Source: Nemertoderma westbladi
Lineage: Eukaryota > Animalia > Xenacoelomorpha
Assembly (NCBI GenBank): GCA_032718475.1
Contig: JAUCBJ010002554.1
Location: 1 to 50,020, forward strand
Length of the DNA: 50,020 nt
Reading direction: 5' to 3'
The notes under the pieces: model-generated
Seen by the model: the letters and a program-made list of their open reading frames with translations, nothing else
Database searches by the model: none
Told to the model about the DNA's origin: nothing
In this document: positions 47,083-50,020 of the stretch, piece after piece
Position numbering within the stretch: position 1 is the stretch's first letter
Layout of the letters: each line of letters begins with the position of its first letter
Program-made: the position numbers and the translations under genes

Positions 47083-49889
47083 AGATGTTATACGGAATGG
47101 CAACTGTGACCAAGCTGTATGAATTATAAAGGATAATAATATACATTATAGTTTACGAGAACAATAAATAAGTAACTAAAGGAAGAATATTTAAATTGAA
47201 ATAGATCTAAATGAATAATCTTAGATTTATGATATCTTAGACACTTGATTCAAGTCAAATTGACTGTGAAAAACTGCAGTAATCGATTTAAATATATTAG
47301 TATTATTTGTGCAAAAAATTATATATACTGTACAATATTATGTACGTAAATAATCATTTACCTGTTATATACTGTACTAGAATCAAAAGAGAATAATAAA
47401 CTGGCTATATATATGTTGTGCTATATATTCTGAATGTATATTGTTAATATGTAATGTTATCACGATTTTAGTATTTTATTTAGCATTACTTATATTAAAA
47501 TTGTGTTTCTTGAAAATATTATCATTGATATACATAATTTATTACTTATGTAATTTATTTGATTAACAATTTGGCAAAAAAATTTGGCAAAAGGATTCCT
47601 CATTTTATTGAGATGCACAGTACATGTACATTACTATATCATGATATAAAATATTTAGCAGATTTGTTGTTAGCAGATTTGAAATTCTACCGATGGTGTA
47701 TGAGTTACCAAATTGTAGCAGGTCTGTACCAGGTCTCTTTGTTAACAGATATTTCGTGGGGCATTTGTGTAGGATAAAAAATTAGCAAGTTATCATATGG
47801 GAACCACTATTTCCTAGTAGCCATCTAGTGGGAGACTGGATAATTTCTGACCCCCCTCGCCCTTCCAACCGAAATTATATTTAACATATTTGACAAACTA
47901 CATGTGTACCAAGTTTGATTTAAGTTCATCAAAGATTAACTTGAGTTACTAATAATGATGTAGTGAGGAAAACGGGCCTTCTAAGTATTTCACAATTAAA
48001 GTGACAATGTAGTGATGGTTTCCTCACATTCATGCGCATGTACGTACATCTACCGATCAAACTAATGAACTGAAAACAAACAAGCTAGTCTCTATTCCAA
48101 TGAAAGTACCTAACCGAAATAGAAGCACCATTATTATTATATTATACTTATTCTACTAATTCTACTACTACCTTCACCCATTTATGCTACATGTCTTTGA
48201 ACAGAAAAGACGAATGTCACAATATGCTTCAGATAAGGCATGTTAGTTAGTATGTTGGTTAACTATCATAGTGAATGGAAGTCACCGATTCATTTTGAAA
48301 AATTTAGAGGAAGCTCTTTAATATGTTTGGTAAGTTGTTCAACATCACAAAGACTAAATTAATGATAATAAACTTGAACATAGAATATTAGAGATGTTGA
48401 AAATTTATAATCGTTAAAAATGGTAATTGAGTTCATGTAGGTGCATTATTGCTTCACCAATTCACAGCTCATTTAACGACCTAAAGATATGAAAGGGGAC
48501 GGGACTGGTGGAACTTAATATGGTGAAACCGCATCTGGCTGTCTGCCAGTATCCCCTAAATCGATCTAATGGATGCATCCATGAGCTGCCCATAATGCCA
48601 TAGATGATGACTTACATCTATAATATAATAGTTATATACCTATAAGAAGTTCAATATAATTAGCAATCAATCGTAATTGAGTACATGTTTCACCGTCAAG
48701 TTATACAATATTATTCTAATAGAACGACACGCCGACTTAGAAGGGGATTTCGGTACATTGTTAAGACAGATAGATTCAGTGCTGGAGACCCCCTTGTTTC
48801 TAAAATGGATATATTATCCGATCGATTTCGAGACATATATATCACAAATTTATAGATACAGTAGGTACCGGTATTATTTACATAGTCTATGAATACTAAA
48901 TAGCTATTTAGTAGCTATTTAATATTAGTAGCTATTTGGTATTCATAGGTAGTTCTATGTAAATAATACCGGTACCTATCTATATAAATTTGTGATACAT
49001 ATGTATGTAACATATATGTAATATTCATAAGTAACTGTAACGTCCTTGAAAAGGAGACCAGCTCTCGAAATCGATTGGATGATATGTACAATATTATGAC
49101 AGTGAACCTTGACAACCTCAATAAATGTCTGATTGTAAGGGCATAAGCTCCAGGTAAAAACCGTTTGAGCATATGGATGACATCAGATATTTGGGAAAAT
49201 GGATCCAGAACTTGGTATAATATAGTTTATTAATATAATTTACTTTTGTTACTTGTGATCATGGATCTAGAAGTCAGGTGAAGCGACCTTTGGATACGTA
49301 AGGGGAAGCAATGGGCAGCATGGAATTGTCTGCTCAAGGATTTGGAAGTCGAATAAAATAAAACGGAAACTCAAGTTTCGATTTTTTGGACAGTAGTATA
49401 GCCAGTACCCTTATATGGGAGTCTATGCTGGGCTCTAACTGCAGAGGACACCAAATCTCTGGATGACACTTATACAAGAATGCTGCGCCGGGTTCATTGT
49501 GTCAAGTACAATGAACACATCTCCATTTCAAATCTATGCAACATGGGATGTGTTTCAGTGGTTCCCCTAGCTTGCTGCTCGGCACTTGAACGGAGCTACC
49601 TCCGCTTTGCAGGACATTGCATATCAACTCGTCCCGGCACCGGCGGCTCAAACGGGACTCTCCCCGCCCAGCGAGCAATGTCGGATTTAGTGGGTCCTTC
49701 CTTTTGGCTGACACGGCGGACACTTTTGATGCATAGCACAGATCTTTATCTTTTATAGACTAATCTAATCTTGTATTCTCCTCTTATTCTTATATAGACA
49801 TATATATTTTCTTATTTACGTAATTATCTCTATATAGATATATATCATTACCATGTCTTCAATATTAATTTTTATAACTTTTATTATGT

Positions 49890-50020
49890 CTACGACCATA
49901 TATCAATGACGCAGTGATTTCCAGTATTAATGGCCTTAAGATTGCATTCTACAACTGTAACTCAGTTCGCACATCCCAGCTATTGTATGTAGTGAGAGAG
50001 CTGTGCAATTTATCTACCCC
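49890..50020 (+). mobile_element. Probable start of another LINE ORF2 (APE N-terminus), truncated by the window end
   Basis: 49932 onward reads GLKIAFYNCNSVRTSQ...VRELC, resembling the first APE motif (LKIxxxNxxS). Confidence 0.45.

Overview
AT-rich, intron-containing invertebrate-type animal DNA (not prokaryotic; no CRISPR, rRNA or intact tRNA seen). The main structure is missed by the ORF track: a 3-exon rough (ro)-class homeobox gene on + (exons 9950-10293, 32768-32885, 33066-33230; 208 aa). Its 22.5-kb first intron holds two tandem antisense paralogous genes built from titin/MLCK-type I-set Ig domains on 288-nt phase-2 exon cassettes. Gene A (23301-20945) has 3 Ig plus a calretinin/calbindin-like EF-hand tail. 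Gene B (15920-11653) has 4 Ig plus a C-terminal hydrophobic tail anchor. Downstream are two LAMP-family paralogs with intronless CDSs, one carrying about 85 PPAT(D/N) mucin-like repeats. The rest is transposons and repeats: a near full-length CR1-group LINE whose ATG-less ORF2 overlaps ORF1 in the -1 frame at tandem slippery heptamers, RTE fragments, a tRNA-derived SINE, several MITE/foldback elements whose internal units expanded into satellites, and many minisatellites. Gene models were read by eye from splice sites and reading frames; family names come from motif recognition, not database searches.
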